From assembly GCF_004010195.1 (NCBI RefSeq), contig NC_057755.1:6121474-6185473 (forward strand): DNA of 64,000 nucleotides, in the 5' to 3' direction. The position numbers and the translations under genes were made by a program. Under the pieces are notes generated by a model. That model saw only the letters and a list, made by a program, of their open reading frames with translations. It made no database searches and was not told where the DNA came from. Source of the DNA: Chiloscyllium plagiosum (taxonomy: Eukaryota). Shown here in pieces: positions 1-13,840 of this stretch. Within the stretch, counting starts at the first letter, position 1; the number at the start of each line of letters is the position of its first letter.

Positions 1-249
1 GTTGCAATCTCCCCTTGGAAACGCAGAGCTGTTTTTTTTATCCAAAAAAAGGGAGGAGACCTGGAATGACAATCTAAGTGAGATTACAGATCCCTGGAAA
101 ATCTGGCCTGTTATTCCTAATTTGCATCTCCGATACAACTGATTGTAGCTGTCAGATTTCTGGATAAGGATTCTCTATATTCTGTGAAGAACATGACTAA
201 AATAGGACTGTGAATAGGACACAGTACCGTGAGCTACTTGTCAGTTTCA

Positions 250-500
250 CTTTCTCACCCATATCTCTTGATCCCCATATTGCCCAAACCCAAATGCATC
301 AGTGCATCCACATCTGCCTGCAGTGAATTCGACAGATGATTTTTTCTCCCCATTTGTCGAAAATGGCTGACCCCATACCTTGAGAATTGATCCCGTTTTA
401 ATCGAAGTCTCTCTCAAATTGAATACAATCAATGCATTTCCAAACTACTTCTCTCAATATCTTGGACTTCTCTTCACCTCCTAAATGTGTCCCCATCTTT
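250..500 (-). mobile_element. Degenerate CR1-type LINE 3' fragment
   Basis: The minus strand resembles the ORF2 C-terminal region seen in the other CR1 copies here; very decayed. Confidence 0.45.
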
Positions 501-640
501 CCTGCAACTCTATTTGAAAATTTCAAACTATGTTTCTGCCATATCACAGCTATAAATATGAATTAAATAGTTGCAAATGCCAGTTTATGGCTATTACCAT
601 AGGGCACTATTCCGACTTATGTTTTCAACATTTCTGCAGG

Positions 641-2090
641 CCTTGATAAGGTTGTTCCCGCCATCCTCCTCCATTGCATTTCCTCTATCCAGATGAGGGT
701 ATGTGCTGTTTGTCGGTTCCATTATTGCATATCAAAGTAATCAGTTGACTCTCTCTGCTATTTCTCACCATTATCATTCCTGCTTATGCTTTGAACGTTT
801 CTGCCATCCTTGCCAAGGTTGTTCTCGCCATCCTCCGCCATTATGTTTCCTGTTTCCAAGTGAAGGGATGTCATTTTTCTCGGTTCCATTATTGCCTATC
901 AAAGTAATCTGTTGTCTCTCTCTGCTGTTCCTCATCATTACCATGGTATGTTCCTTGTCCCAGTCCACGTTTCATCTACACTCTGTACTTTTGCTCATCT
1001 TTCGTCATGATATCAGATTTTATATGTGTGCAGATAGCATACAATTGTTGCTGCAGAATTTCTCTATTTCCCCTCCATTGTGTCTTTGCTGTCAGCCCAA
1101 TTGTCTGACCTCCAGTTCTGATTGAAGTGAATTTATTTAAAGAATACTCATTTCAAGGACCAAAATCCTTATCTTTGTCTCCAAACAGAACTCTATTCGC
1201 TCATTATGGGTTCCAGCCTCCTTCCCTGCTAGTGTTTAAATCTGAACTAGATTGTTCTACGCCCCTTCTCTATTTTGACTCTGATCTGATCATTTTATCA
1301 CACATAGCTTCTGTTTGTATATATTCTAAGAACAAGTGTCCATGGGGATGTGTGCACACACATGCAAGTGTTCATCTTACAATTAATGGTTCCAGATAGC
1401 AACAAGATTGACTTCATACCAAAGCAAATTTTAAAATCTAAATTTAAAATGGGTTCAAGTTCTGGAGTCTTCTGGAGTTTCGAAAAATTACAACTGACAT
1501 TTAACATTTGGACACTGGTTAATTTAGAACATAGCATTTCTTTCTGTTTTACTTTCACGAATTGATCTGCAATGTCTATGTTACACAATGCCATTACCAA
1601 CATTCCATCCGAAAGGTCCTCTGTTCAATATTATCTGATAATTGAGAGTAAAATGCATTTGTAATCACATTTCCTTTTTCTATTTTGCAGGATTGGAGGG
1701 GAATCACTTGCTGTTGGACTAAACCTTTACACTAAGCCTTTTTTTGGGGGGTTACAACTAAGTATGGCGAGACTGGTAAGAGCAATGCATTTGAATTGCC
1801 GAGATAAAGCAAAAGTTGAGTTTACCAATCAAAAGTTTACTTTTTGAAATAAACAGCATTTCTATGGATCATCCTGCACAAATAAAGAAGGCAGAAATCA
1901 AACGTTTCGAAAACAAATCAAATTTCTAGAGCTGGAACTATCTTATATTATTGTGAATACAAAGGTGAATTGCTGTGTAAAGCAATGCAGTCCTTGATAA
2001 GTTTGTTCCCGCCAGCCTCCTCCATTGTATTTCCTCTATCCAGGTGAGGGGATGTGCTGTTGTCTGGTTTCATTATTGCTTATCAATAAT
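641..2090. repeat. Three dispersed copies of a ~100 bp motif (641-742, ~812-910, 1993-2090)
   Basis: Shared ccttgataag-ttgttcccgcca-cctcctccattg-atttcctctatccag-tgaggg-atgtgctgtt...cattattgc-tatcaa; the middle copy is more diverged. Confidence 0.75.
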
Positions 2091-2374
2091 GAAGGGTACA
2101 AGTTTTACACAGGGAGAATTGGATAAGGACGAGGAGGATGAATGAGAAAATGATAATTCAGTATCCATTTTTTAAAACCCTGATACTTTAAGACAAATGT
2201 TACTTTAACTGCTGATCAAACTTGCATTAGTTTTGTCTAATTTTGTTGCAAGCCTGCTGCCAAAATTCTTGGTTTCCTAAAAGTACTTCAGGAGATGTAA
2301 CCAATGATGTAACCCTACTGCTCTGAAGATTTAGTATATCATTCATAATGATGTGGAGGCTGGCAACATATTGG

Positions 2375-2615
2375 ATGTGACTCAGCCTTTAGAATTGCTG
2401 CGTTATAATGCCAGAGACCGGGGTTTGATTCCACCTCTGGGCAAATATCTGTGTGGAATTTGCACGTTCAGATGTCTGCGTGGATTTCATCCAGGTGCTC
2501 TGGTCATTTCCCGCAGTCCAAAGATAGGCAGTTTAGCTGGTTAGGTGATGGAAACTTGCCCATAGATTCCAGAGATTTGTAGATTAGATGGATGACACAT
2601 AGAAAACGCAGGTTA
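2375..2615 (+). mobile_element. Old tRNA-derived V-SINE (HE1-like)
   Basis: B-box-like ggtttgattcc, then V-domain tgtgtggaatttgcacgttc...gtctgcgtggattt...ggtgctctgg...cccgcagtccaaaga; homologous to the SINE at 9459-9768. Confidence 0.8.
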
Positions 2616-2799
2616 CGCATCGCAAAGCATTTCAAGAAAGTAAGCCAGACCCTAACTTTGCCAGTTGTTTTGAGCAGGAGTATATTTGGATATTACAGGA
2701 GTGATACACTGGTCAAACCATTTACTTTTTAAACAAGACAGAATGTATTTACCAGATTGCCGAATGAAGCACAAACAAAAGAGAACAGATATTATGTGC

Positions 2800-4480
2800 A
2801 AAAATAAAACGACAGGGAAAAGTAGAGATTGATGCAGGAAGGCTAGTAATGGGCGATAAGGAAATAGCTGAGGAACTTACTAAATACATTGTGTCAGTAT
2901 TCACGGTAGAATACATGAGTAATATCCCAATGATTACGGAGAGTCAAGGGGCAGAGTTGAGCATAGTAGCCATTACAAAAGAGAAACTACTTGAAGAGCT
3001 AAATGGTCAAAACATTGATAAATTTCCTGACCAGGGTGGGCTACATCCTAGAGTTCTGAGGGAGGTGGCTGAAGAAACAGTGGAGGCATTGGTTGTAATC
3101 TTTCCAAAATCGCTGGAGTCAGGGGAATTCGCAGATAATTGAAAAATCGCTATTGTAACCCCCTTGTTCAAGAAAGGATCAAGATAAAAGATGGGAAATT
3201 ATAGGCTGATTAGCCTGGCGTTGGTTGTAGATAAAATTCATTGCGAAGAATGAGATTTCTAAATTCTAGGAAGTGCCGGGTCTAATTAGAATAAGTCACC
3301 GTGGATTTAGTAAGGGAAGGTTGTGTCTGACAATCCGGTTAGAATTCATTGAAGATGTAAAAGTAGGTTTTACCAGGGAAACTCAGTAGATATTATCGGC
3401 CTAGACTTCAAAAAGGCCTTTGGTAAAGTGCCACACGGGAGGCTACTGAATAAGCCCATGGTGTTCGACTTGAGCTATAGGCATGGATTGAGGATTGGCT
3501 GTCTGACAGAAAGCAGAGTGTTGGGTTAAAAAGATTCTGTATCAGAATGGCAGCTGGTGACATATGGTATTCCACAGGGCTCTGTTTTGGGGCCACAGCT
3601 GTTCAAATTATATATAAATGATCTGGGCGAAGAGACGGGGGCCTTCTGGTGAAGTTGTTAAGAAGTTACGTGAAGGCAGGTAGTTGGATCAAGAAATGGC
3701 TGATGAAATTCACTGTGAGCAAACGAGAGGTCTTGCACTTTGGAAATAAAAACACAGGCATAAATAATTTTCTAATCGGTGAGGAAATTCATAAAGCCAA
3801 GTACAAATGGATCTTCGAGTGCTAGAACAGAATTGTCTAAATGTTGACTTGCAGGTTGAGTCTGTGTTTAAGAAAGCAAATGTAACGTCACTTATCTCAA
3901 GAGGATTGGAATGTAAAAGAAATTATGTACTATTGAGACATTATAAAGCCCTAGTTAGGCCCAATTTAGAATACTGTGTTCAGTTTGATCCCTACAGCTC
4001 AAGAAGGATGTACTCCCAGCGGAGATTCACACGGATGGTCCCTGGAGTGGTCGGCTGAGGATCCTCGGATTAAACTCATTCGCATTTAGTAGGCTGAGGG
4101 GAGATCTTATAGAATCTTACACGATAATGCATGGCTTAGAAAGGGGGAATGCTGGGAAATTGTTTCCATCAGGTGGGGATACTGAGAATCATGGGCACAG
4201 CCTTAGATTAAAAGGAGGTCAATTTAGAACGGAAATGAGGGGGCATTTCTTCAGTCAGAGAGTGGTAGGCCTGTGGAATTAATTGCCTCAGAGCACAGTG
4301 GAAGCTGGAATGTTTAGTGACTTCAAGGAAGAGATTGATAAATTCTTCATCTCGCAGGAAATAAAGGGATATGGGGTGAGTGCGATTATGTGACATTGAA
4401 ATCCCCACCAGCCAAGATTGAATGGCGGAATGGACTCTGGGCCGAATGGCATTACTTCCACTTCCATTTACTTATGGCTT
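2800..4480 (+). mobile_element. CR1 LINE, 5'-truncated, degenerate ORF2 (RT)
   Basis: Peptides GLHPRVLREVAEETVEALVVIF and YKALVRPNLEYCVQF, QRRFTRMVPG; many stops and frameshifts. Confidence 0.9.
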
Positions 4481-4609
4481 TGGTATTGGGAAGAGCGCTG
4501 GGTCTAGTGGGATGTCACTTTGGCATTTGGTGTGGACCCGATGGGCCAAACGGCCTGCTTCCATTCTGCAATCCCATGAAACTCACTGGAGATTTGACCA
4601 AGGTACCGC

Positions 4610-5420
4610 ATTAAATTCCTGAAATGCTCTCTGACACAAGTGCATATGCACTTACAATGGCATTCTTCACCTCATCACGCACCATAAATATATCTTCTGA
4701 CAGCAATGCAAATGCTTCACTCGCCCTTCATACAGGTTTTGTTTGGATCAGCAAAACCCACATGGTCATTGGCCACTACAGGTTGTTTAGATACCTTTTC
4801 AAATGGCATCTAAAATTCAAAATGGTAACTCCTCAAACTCAAGCAATCATTGACTATATCGCCAGCATCTCTTTGGTTCCGATCTGATTCCTCATCCTCA
4901 CTGTCTTCCCCACTAAGCTTCCCGTCAGCCCGTCATTTCCTTCCTTTTAGGTTGACACTCCTGTCTAAGTACTAACTTCTGGAGTTGAAACTCACTCTCT
5001 TTCGTTCTTTCCTCTCTCTTCTTTTCTCCCTCTTTTCTTTCTCTTTCTTTCTCATTTTATTTTTGTTCAGCTAAAGACATTCATTTCCTTCTGTCTTTTA
5101 TCTATTCTTACTCATAATTCAAGTAGTTTCATAACTTAGTCCCTTTACTTTACATTTGCGTCCGAATCAACCTGCTTCATTTTCAACTTAATTTTATACA
5201 TCTCAAAAGATTATGATGTCGTTTCCAGCAAAGTAAAGTGCTGAACGTTTGCGGTAATTATCACTCCTTTCTGCGCAGAAGGAGGCAGCTTCAACTCCAG
5301 TTTGACAGCTAACTCCAGCAGATTTTCCTTCTTCACCTTTTGCAACGCAACCATAGCCACTTTTTCTAGCCCCAGAAATATCTTCGTGACTTAAGTAACT
5401 AACACTGGCACCAAGCACTT
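4610..5420 (-). mobile_element. Gmr1-like Gypsy LTR-retrotransposon gag fragment
   Basis: Minus strand reads FEKVSKQ..WPMTMWVLLIQTK..RASEAFALLSED..DEVKNAIVSAYALV, homologous to the gag pieces at 59.6 kb and 61.9 kb; preceded by an E/R/K-rich segment (CT-rich on +, ~5000-5060). Confidence 0.8.
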
Positions 5421-6240
5421 TCTAAAACAACCGAATTCAACACCTGGAGAAGCAGCACCAGCACTTATCACTCGTAGCCTTTGAGCTCGAAAAATCTGAA
5501 TTACAAATTGAAACTATGCAACAAAACGCGCAATGAAGCCTGTCATGGACTACTCTGAACCTCGGAATTTATTTACAAACGAACTAAACAAAACCGAATT
5601 TACAATAACATAGCTATTAAAAACCTAAGCGATTCTGTAACAACTTTACGATGCTGTTCTAAACACGTGCAGCGTCCCATAAACACCGCTTGCAATAAAT
5701 GCAAATTCAAACTCAGGTGCTCAAAGGAGAGGGTCAGAGAGCACGTGACGATTTGCATGGAACGATTTCTTTAGTCCAACAGTTTCTCCAGGCTACAGAG
5801 TTAGAGAGTCACAGAGATGCACTACATGGAAACAGACAGTTTGGTCCAACATGTCCATGTGGAGTTGATATTTTAACCTAATCTAGTCACATTTTACAAC
5901 AATTGTCCCATTCTCCCTCTAAACCCATCCCTCTTTTCATATTCCCATCCAGATGCCTTTTAAATGCTGTAATTGTACCAGACTCCACCACTTCCTCTGG
6001 CAGCCCATTCCATACATGCAGCTCTCTCTACGTGAAGAAAGTGCACATTAAACCCCTTTTATATCATTCCCTCTCACACTAAATCTATTTCATCGAGTTC
6101 GGGTCTGCCCACCCAAAAGAACTTTGTATATTTATCCTATCCATGCTCCTCGTGATTTTATAAACCAACATAAGTTCACCCGTCAGCCTCCAACTCTCCA
6201 AAGAAAACAGCCCAACCTACTCAGTTTATAGCTCAAACTC

Positions 6241-8154
6241 TCCAACCCTGGCAATTTCCTTTTCAATCTTTCTGAACCCTTTCAAGTTTCACAATATCCT
6301 TCTGAGAGGAAGGAGTCCGGAATTGCAGACAATACTCTAAATGTAGCCTAACAACTGTCCTGTACAGCATCAATATGACCTCTGAATGCCCGCACTCAAT
6401 GTTCTGACTAATAAAGGAAAGTGTACCAAATGCCTTCTTTGCTATCGCATTTACCTGCGACTCTACTTTCAAGTAACTATGAAACTAAGTTCTCTTTGTT
6501 CAGCATCACACCCTTGGACCTTATCATTAAGTGTATACGCCCTCCTCTGATATGTTTTCCCAAAACGCAGCACCTCGCATTTGTCAAAATGAAACTCCAT
6601 TTGCCAACCTTCAGCTCATTGGCCTATCTGATCAAGGTCCTGTTGTACTCTGGCATAGCTTTCTTCACTGCCCATTACACCTTCAATTTTGGTGTCATCT
6701 GCAAACTTACTAACCATACCTCATGCAATCACATCCACATAATGTCTATAAATGACGAAAGTGGTGGACCCAGCAGCGATCTTTGGGCCATTCCACTGGT
6801 CACAGGTCTCCATTCTAAAAGTAAATCCTCAACAGCAGGAGGATGTTCTCACTGTATTCCATGAGATCTAATCTTGCTAACCAGGTTCCCATGAGGAAAG
6901 TTGTCTCACGCATTACTGAAGTTCATACAGATCGCATCCACCATGCTGTCCTTATCAATCCTCTTTGTTACTTTTTCAATAAACTCAGTCGAATTCGTGA
7001 GATATGGTTTTCAACGCACAGAGCCATACTTGCTATCGCTAATCGGTCCTTGCCTTTCTAAATATATATAAATCCTGTCCTCCACGATTCCCTCTAGCAA
7101 CCTTCCCACCACCACTGCCAAGTTCACTCGTCAATATTTCATTGGCTTTTCCTTACAATTCTTCTTAAATAGTGGCATCCAACCTTGGCAATTTCCTTTT
7201 CAATCTTTCTGAACCCCTTCAAGTTTCACAATATCCTTCTGAGAGGAAGGAGTCCGGAATTGCAGACAATACTCTAAATGTAGCCTAACAACTGTCCTGT
7301 ACAGCATCAATATGACCTCTGAATGCCCGCACTCAATGTTCTGACTAATAAAGGAAAGTGTACCAAATGCCTTCTTTGCTATCGCATTTACCTGCGACTC
7401 TACTTTCAAGTAACTATGAAACTAAGTTCTCTTTGTTCAGCATCACACCCTTGGACCTTATCATTAAGTGTATACGCCCTACTCTGATTTGTTTTCCCAA
7501 AACGCAGCGCCTCGCATTTGTCAAAATGAAACTCCATTTGCCAACCTTCAGCTCATTGGCCTATCTGATCAAGGTCCTGTTGTACTCTGGCGTAGCTTTC
7601 TTCACTGCCCATTACACCTCCAATTTTGGTGTCATCTGCAAACTTACTAACCATACCTCCTGCGATCACATCCAAATAATGTCTGTAAATGACGAAAGTG
7701 GTGGACCCAGCAGCGATCTTTGGGTCATTCCACTGGGTCACAGGCCTCCATTCTAAAAGTAAATCCTCAACAGCAGCCTTTGCTTTCTACTTTTGAGCCA
7801 GTTCTGTCTCCAAATGTTTAGTTCCCACTGTATTCCATGAGATCTAATCTTGCTAACCAGGTTCCCATGAGGAAAGTTGTCTCACGCATTACTGAAGTTC
7901 ATACAGATCGCATCCACCATGCTGTCCTCATCAATCCTCTTTGTTACTTTTTCAATAGACTCAGTCGAATTCGTGAGATATGGCTTTCAACGCACAGAGC
8001 CATACTTGCTATCCCTAATCGGTCCTTGCCTTTCTAAATATATATAAATCCTGTCCCTCACGATTTCCTCTAGCAACTTTCCCACCACCACTGCCAAGTT
8101 CACTCGTCAATATTTCATTGGCTTTTCCTTACAATCTTTCTTAAATAGTGGCAT
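6241..8154. repeat. ~940-980 bp near-identical tandem duplication inside the CR1
   Basis: 6241-7177 matches 7178-8154; ORFs 6263-6472 and 7200-7409 differ by one residue; copy 1 has a ~39 bp internal deletion near 6840. Confidence 0.95.
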
Positions 8155-9210
8155 CGCATGAGCAAACCTCCAGTCTTCTGACACCTCACCTGTAACTATC
8201 GATGATGCAAGTATCTGAGCTAGGAGCACAGCAATTACTTCTCCAGTTTTCCACAGGCTTCTTAGGGTACACCTGCTCAGGTCCTGCGGATTTATTCAGT
8301 TTTATGCGTTTTTAGACACGCAGAACCTTCTCCTTTGTAATATGGACATTTTCAAGATGCCACCATCTAATTTCCCAAATTCTATATCTTCCATGTCCTT
8401 CCCCACAGTAAACACTGAGGCAAAATACACTCCCCCATCTCCTGCGGTTCCACACAAAGGCCGCCTTGCTGAACTTTGATGGTTCCTAATCTCTCCCTGG
8501 TTACTCTTTTGTCTTTAATGTATTCATGAAGGCCCTTTGGATTCTACATATCCCAATCTAAAGCTATCTCATGTCCCCCGTTTGCCCTCCTGATTTCCTG
8601 CTTAATTATACTGTTACTTTTATATTCTTTTAACCATTCACTCGATCTATCCTGTTTATATATGACAATATGCTTCCTTCTTTTCCTCAGCTAAAACCTC
8701 AATTTCTCGAGGCATCCAGCATTACCTACACCTACCAGCTTTTCCTTTCGCCCTAACAGGAATATACTGTCTCTGTACTCTCACTACCTCATTTTAAATG
8801 GCTTTCAGTTTTCTTGATGTCTCTTTTCCTGCGAATATCTGCGCCCAATCAGCATTTGAAATTTCCTGCTCAGACCGTCAAAACTGGTCTTCCTCCAATT
8901 TATAACTTCAATATTTAGATCCGGTCTATCCGTTTACATCACGATTTTCAAGTTAATAGAATTATGGTCGCTGGCCTCACAGTGCTCCCCAAGTGAAACC
9001 TCATTCACCTCAGTTGCCTTATTTCCCAAAAGTTGGTCAAGGTTGATAACTTCACATACTGAATCAGAGTTCCTTTGTACACAGTTAGGAAGTTCCTCTC
9101 CATCTAAACCCTTAAATCTATGCCAGTCCCTGTCTATGTTTGGAAAGTTAAAATCTTCTGTCTTTCCACCCTATTATTCTTGCAGACAACTGGACTTTCC
9201 TTACAAATGT

Positions 9211-9280
9211 GTTTCTCAGTTCCCCGCTGTCTATTAGACGGTGTGGTTTCTCAGTTCCCCGCTGTCTATTAGACGGTGTG
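9211..9280. repeat. Perfect 35 bp tandem duplication
   Basis: gtttctcagttccccgctgtctattagacggtgtg x2. Confidence 0.95.
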
Positions 9281-9458
9281 TTTTACAAATCCCAATAATG
9301 TGATCATCACTTCCTTATTTCTCATTTCCACCTAAGCAACTTCATTGGATATATTCCCAATACAATCTTCCCTAAGTTGAGCAGTAATGCTATCTGTTAT
9401 TCAAAACGCCACTCCCCAACCTCTCTTACTCTCCTTTCTATCCTTTCAACAGCGTTTG

Positions 9459-9768
9459 ATTAGATTACTTACAGTGTGGAAACAGGCCCTTTGGCCCAAC
9501 AAGTCCACACCGACCCGCCGAAGCGCAACCCACCCATACCCCTACATTTACCTCTTTAACCTAACACTACGGGCAATTTAGCATGGCCAATTCACCTAAC
9601 CCGCACATCTTTGTGACTGTGGGAGGAAACCGGAGCACCCGGAGGAAACCCACGCAGACACGGGGAGAATGTGCAAACTCCACACAGTCAGTCGCCTGAG
9701 TCGGGAATTGAACCCGGGTCTCTGGCGCTGTGAGGCAGCAGTGCTAACCACTGTGCCACTGTGCCGCC
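9459..9768 (-). mobile_element. Young HE1-type V-SINE with target-site duplication
   Basis: tRNA head ggcggcacagtggcacagtggttagcactgctgcctcacagcgcc...gggttcaattccc, V-domain, LINE-like tail; cgtttg direct repeat at 9453-9458 and 9768-9773. Confidence 0.95.
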
Positions 9769-12704
9769 GTTTGTATCCTGGAACATTCAGGTGCCAGCCC
9801 TGGCGATCTCCGACCAACGTATCTCTGATATCTATGATGTCCCAATCCTATGTTCCGAACAATGCCTTGAGTTCGTCTGCCTTCCCTGTTAGGCCTCACA
9901 TTGAAGTAACTGTGTTTATTTTTTCAGTCCTTCCTTTTCTCCTTCTTTATTCCTGCCTACCCTGACTGTTCCATCCACTCCCTTTCCCAACTGTCCCAGT
10001 CTCAGATTGATTTGTTTGCTGATTGTCTCCCTTTTCGCAAACATTTCTTACCAGATAAACTCCTCCTGACCAGCTCTTGCAAATCATGCTGCCAATATAT
10101 TAGTCCCCTTCCAATTGAGATGCAGTCCACCCTTCTTGTACATGTTAATTCTACCACAGAAGAGATTCAAATGATGCAATAAAGGTGAACCCTTCTCCCC
10201 AACACCAGCTCCTCAGGCACACATTCATCTGTTCTATCCTCTTATTCATAACCTCACTAGTTCGTAGCACTGGGAGTAATCCAGATACTGCTGCTCTCGA
10301 CGAACACGAATTTAAATTCCCGCCTAACTTTCTATATTCTCTCTTCAGAGTACCATCCTTTTTCTGTTCGTATGTCGTTTGTTCCAATGTGTACAATGGC
10401 CTCCTGCTGGTTGCTGTCACCTTTGAGAACATTCTGCACCATGCCTGAAATCTCCTTGATCCTGTCACCAGGGACACAACACACAATTCTCTGCTGGTCA
10501 CAGAAACGTCTGCCTTCATTTCTGACTAGAAATTACCCTATCACAATTGATCGTTTGGAACCTGATATACTCCTCGTTACAGCAGGGATAGTCTCGATCT
10601 CAGATACGTGGCTATTCACACTAAATTCCCCTGAGAGTCCATCGTCCCCCATTGACCGTCAGCGTCAATCAACACAGATTGCGAGAAAGAAACGAAACCA
10701 TGCCCTGATCTGGGGGAACTGGCCACACGTCTTTCATTTTACTTCTACATTTTTCTAAAAACTTAAAAGCTTCTTCGAGTAGATGAACCCAGACAGTTCG
10801 GAAACTCGATGTTTCAAGCACAATAACAAAATGGGCAACACAATCATGATAAAGGACAAGTATCATCAAATACTGAATGCGGTCAATCAATGTTAGACGT
10901 TTGTGAACAGCAAAATGGGTCTATGTTAATCTAAGAGGTGAAACAAATGTTCAGAGAAAATGCCTGATGTGATCACATGATGATATTACAAGGCATCGTT
11001 TAAAAGTTTAAAGATCTGATATTTCTATGTTCATTTATAAAGCAGACGAGTTACAGGAAGGATCATGTAATAAGAATTTCTGTAGGTCCTTCATAGGAGA
11101 CGTCAATCCTGCATTAATAATGTTTCCCTTCGTTGCACGGGTAATTCTTCTGTTTTCAGTTCTGTAGCAATCAAATCTCTGATTGATATTTCTGTGAGTC
11201 TTCTTTTCTGATATTATACTTGCAAATTTGTTCAACATTATGTTTTCAAAATTGTTCTTTAAAGTCAGCAGAATATACCCTTGACATAATATCCCCTTTA
11301 TTTAGTTCACACTTCGCACACAGTCTCAATAGCGTACCTCCGATCAGGGTCAAAAGAATAAATAAAACATTTTTGAGCACAACTCTCACTAAAACAACTT
11401 ACACATCACAGACTCATCGATGCAACTCATCGATGTTCGCAGTTCCTTTTCTGAATGAGACCTTTAAATTTTTACACTGTGATTTTGTGTGGTCTCTCGC
11501 AGGGCTATTTTAGTTCTCGCAGAAGTAAATCTGCCCCAGGCATGTGTAGATAACCAGTTCCATTGATTGACCCAACTAATTCACAGAATCGCCAAACTTG
11601 TTACAAATCAGAATGACGGCGTACAGCCCATCGTGCTATATTTTCTTTGACGTTTTCATCTTAATAATCATAAATACAAGACAACGTGGCGAGAGCAATC
11701 CTCAACATGCCACAATGATAATCTGTGAGGGAAATATAAGTACGAGTGAAGACGAAATTAAATTTCATTGAAATGAAAGGAAATGATTGTGTTTTCTGTA
11801 TTTATATTCTGTATATACTTACGTCATTTAAAAAAATTACTTTATCAATGCAAATATGTTCATATATACATAATCACTAAATAAGTTCAGATCTGCAAGG
11901 CAGCAAATGGCAAAGTGGACAAACATTAGAACCTGAATCAATCCAACAAAACAATCTAAAGAATTTCTTACTTGTACAAGGTAATATTTGTACATATGTA
12001 ATTATATTCTATGTTAGATGTGTTTTGTAGAAATTTATAATAGTGAAATACTCTTGATTTTTGAATATAGTTGAAATTGCATGCATTTTTAACTTGTAAT
12101 TTTTGCTGAAAATTATATGTTTATGAAAAACTGTTTAATTTACATCTTCAAAAATGACGTTAACATTTATTCAAAACACAGAAGTAGATTAAAGAGTAAA
12201 TTTATTTTATACATTCACAATGATTTTTAATCCAAAGATTCGAAGTATGGGCTTCTGTCCAATCAGGACAATGCAATGCAGGATGAATGTGCTAGATAGG
12301 CAAGTTATGTTTCCTGGTGCAGTACAGTTGCCTGAAAAATCCTTACGAAGGAAACGATTGACAGGTAGACGAAGTGTCCTGAATAGGGAGGAGATTGAAG
12401 AAATGCATTCTGTGCAATTGTAATAACGGAGCTGGATGATGTACAGGCATGACTGGGGACAGAACAGAAGCACCACACAGAGTGCTGGATGTGTGATTTA
12501 TTGGTTGATAGATCGTTGTATTGGATGACGGCTGACTTGTCTCACATCAAAAGCAGGATTTCTTTTAAAAGTGCTCAATCACAACCGATTGAAATAAACA
12601 AATGCAAAAGCAGTGTCATTACAATTGCACTTACATTATTTGTAAATAATAACGTTCGGAAGATTTGCAAACAAGCTGCCTCTTTTCCATTTATACATGG
12701 CACA

Positions 12705-12710
12705 TTTATT
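12705..12710 (-). promoter_or_regulatory. Candidate polyadenylation signal of GPCR copy 1
   Basis: AATAAA on the minus strand ~260 nt after the stop; the same tttattcgaag context is kept in copies 2 and 4. Confidence 0.4.
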
Positions 12711-12968
12711 CGAAGTTCGTCTGAAAACGTGAAAATTGAACTCCTGCAGGAGTGAACATATCGAATATTTATCATCCTGACCGCTTCAAGGTAGATACAA
12801 TTCTGTTGCATCCGGTTAATTCTTACATACAATAGCATCACAACTTTGACCATGGTTTACTGCACCTCAGATGATGGACAAGTATGCATCCGGCTTTTAT
12901 GAACCAGAAACACTGTAACATAGACCAGTGGACTCTAATATGTGCAAGGTATTCATTCATTGTATAAA

Positions 12969-13840
12969 TTATGAAACCAGCGATCTCAGAGCGTTCTTGA
13001 TTTTCGCTCTGAACTTAGACTGAGTTGCTGCATAAACAAATGTGTTTGTGCAGCAACTTAAATTCCGCAAAATGAATCCAAAATCTTGAAATACTATTTC
13101 GGACTCTGTGTAGTATGTTCCTCCAAATGTGTAATGAAAGAAATTTATGATAAATATCAACCACAGAATTATGAAGCTACCAGATATGGTGAAAAGTAAA
13201 ATGACAGACTTCCTCCTACTTTCCATCTCTGGGTCGCTGTGCTTCTCTCCATTGCTGCGAGCTTTCAGCTCCTTACGGACACGGCTAGATATTAAAATGT
13301 GTCTTACTGTCAAAGCGTTTATCAACAGAATTAAAGCGAATGGGAGCAGAGGGGTGAAGGCTTTAGCAAAGCATTCATAACCCACCCATCCAGGATTAGT
13401 ATAAAAGCTCGATTTTACATAACAAAACCATGGTACATTGTCAACTATCTTGCCAGGCTCATAAATAAAGTAGTTGGGGATGCTTTTCAAGCACAGCAAA
13501 ATGCAAATTGTTGAAAGCACGACATTTGCTGTTGTCTCTGTGCAAAATCGTGTTCTTAGATTATGGCAACAAACAGCTATAAATCTATCGAAAGAGAAAG
13601 CGATGGTGAACCAAACACAGCAATCTATTATTGCAATGGACAAGGCATAGCGAGCACTACATGCAGGAGTGATGTCCAGGAAAAATAATGGGGCTTCATA
13701 GTAATAAATAACATCTACCAATACGACTTCAAATATAATGGCCAATAGATCTGCCAGCCCCATAGCGACCAAGTAGCGAGTAGTGCACTTAGAAACACCA
13801 CAATGTCCATGGGAGAGAATCATAACGGCCAGGAAATTTC
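12969..13840 (-). CDS. GPR139/GPR142-like class A GPCR copy 1, exon 2 (intact; 312 aa with exon 1)
   Basis: Open frame with rhodopsin-type motifs GNFLAVMILS, LVAMGLADL, FSFDRFIAVC, PEMESRRKS, LSCCTNTFVYAATQSKFR. Polypyrimidine acceptor ttcttcctttgtttctcacAG, phase 1. The ORF-track start at 13937 is a TTG inside the intron. Confidence 0.92.

Larger units (their letters stand above)
5800..10650 (-). mobile_element. Near full-length CR1 LINE (ORF1 SGNH esterase, ORF2 endonuclease and RT), disrupted
   Basis: ORF1 esterase motifs HIGTNDI and VSGLLPV..RIEQMN..LRSWCWGEGFTF at ~10150-10500. ORF2 motifs SKFADDTKIGG and LYRTVVRLHLEYCLQF. Contains an internal duplication and a SINE insertion. Confidence 0.9.

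Noticed and set aside
9211..9280. CRISPR-like 35-38 bp repeats (also 32966-33041)
   Set aside because: Two adjacent copies with no spacers, inside LINE sequence in a vertebrate genome.
9690..9768. tRNA gene
   Set aside because: The A/B boxes belong to the SINE head, which continues into a V-domain and tail with a TSD.
12207..12476. Small minus-strand ORF recurring downstream of the receptor copies (also 24232-24516 and 46893-47150)
   Set aside because: Frames and stops are not conserved between copies; the similarity is explained by segmental duplication.
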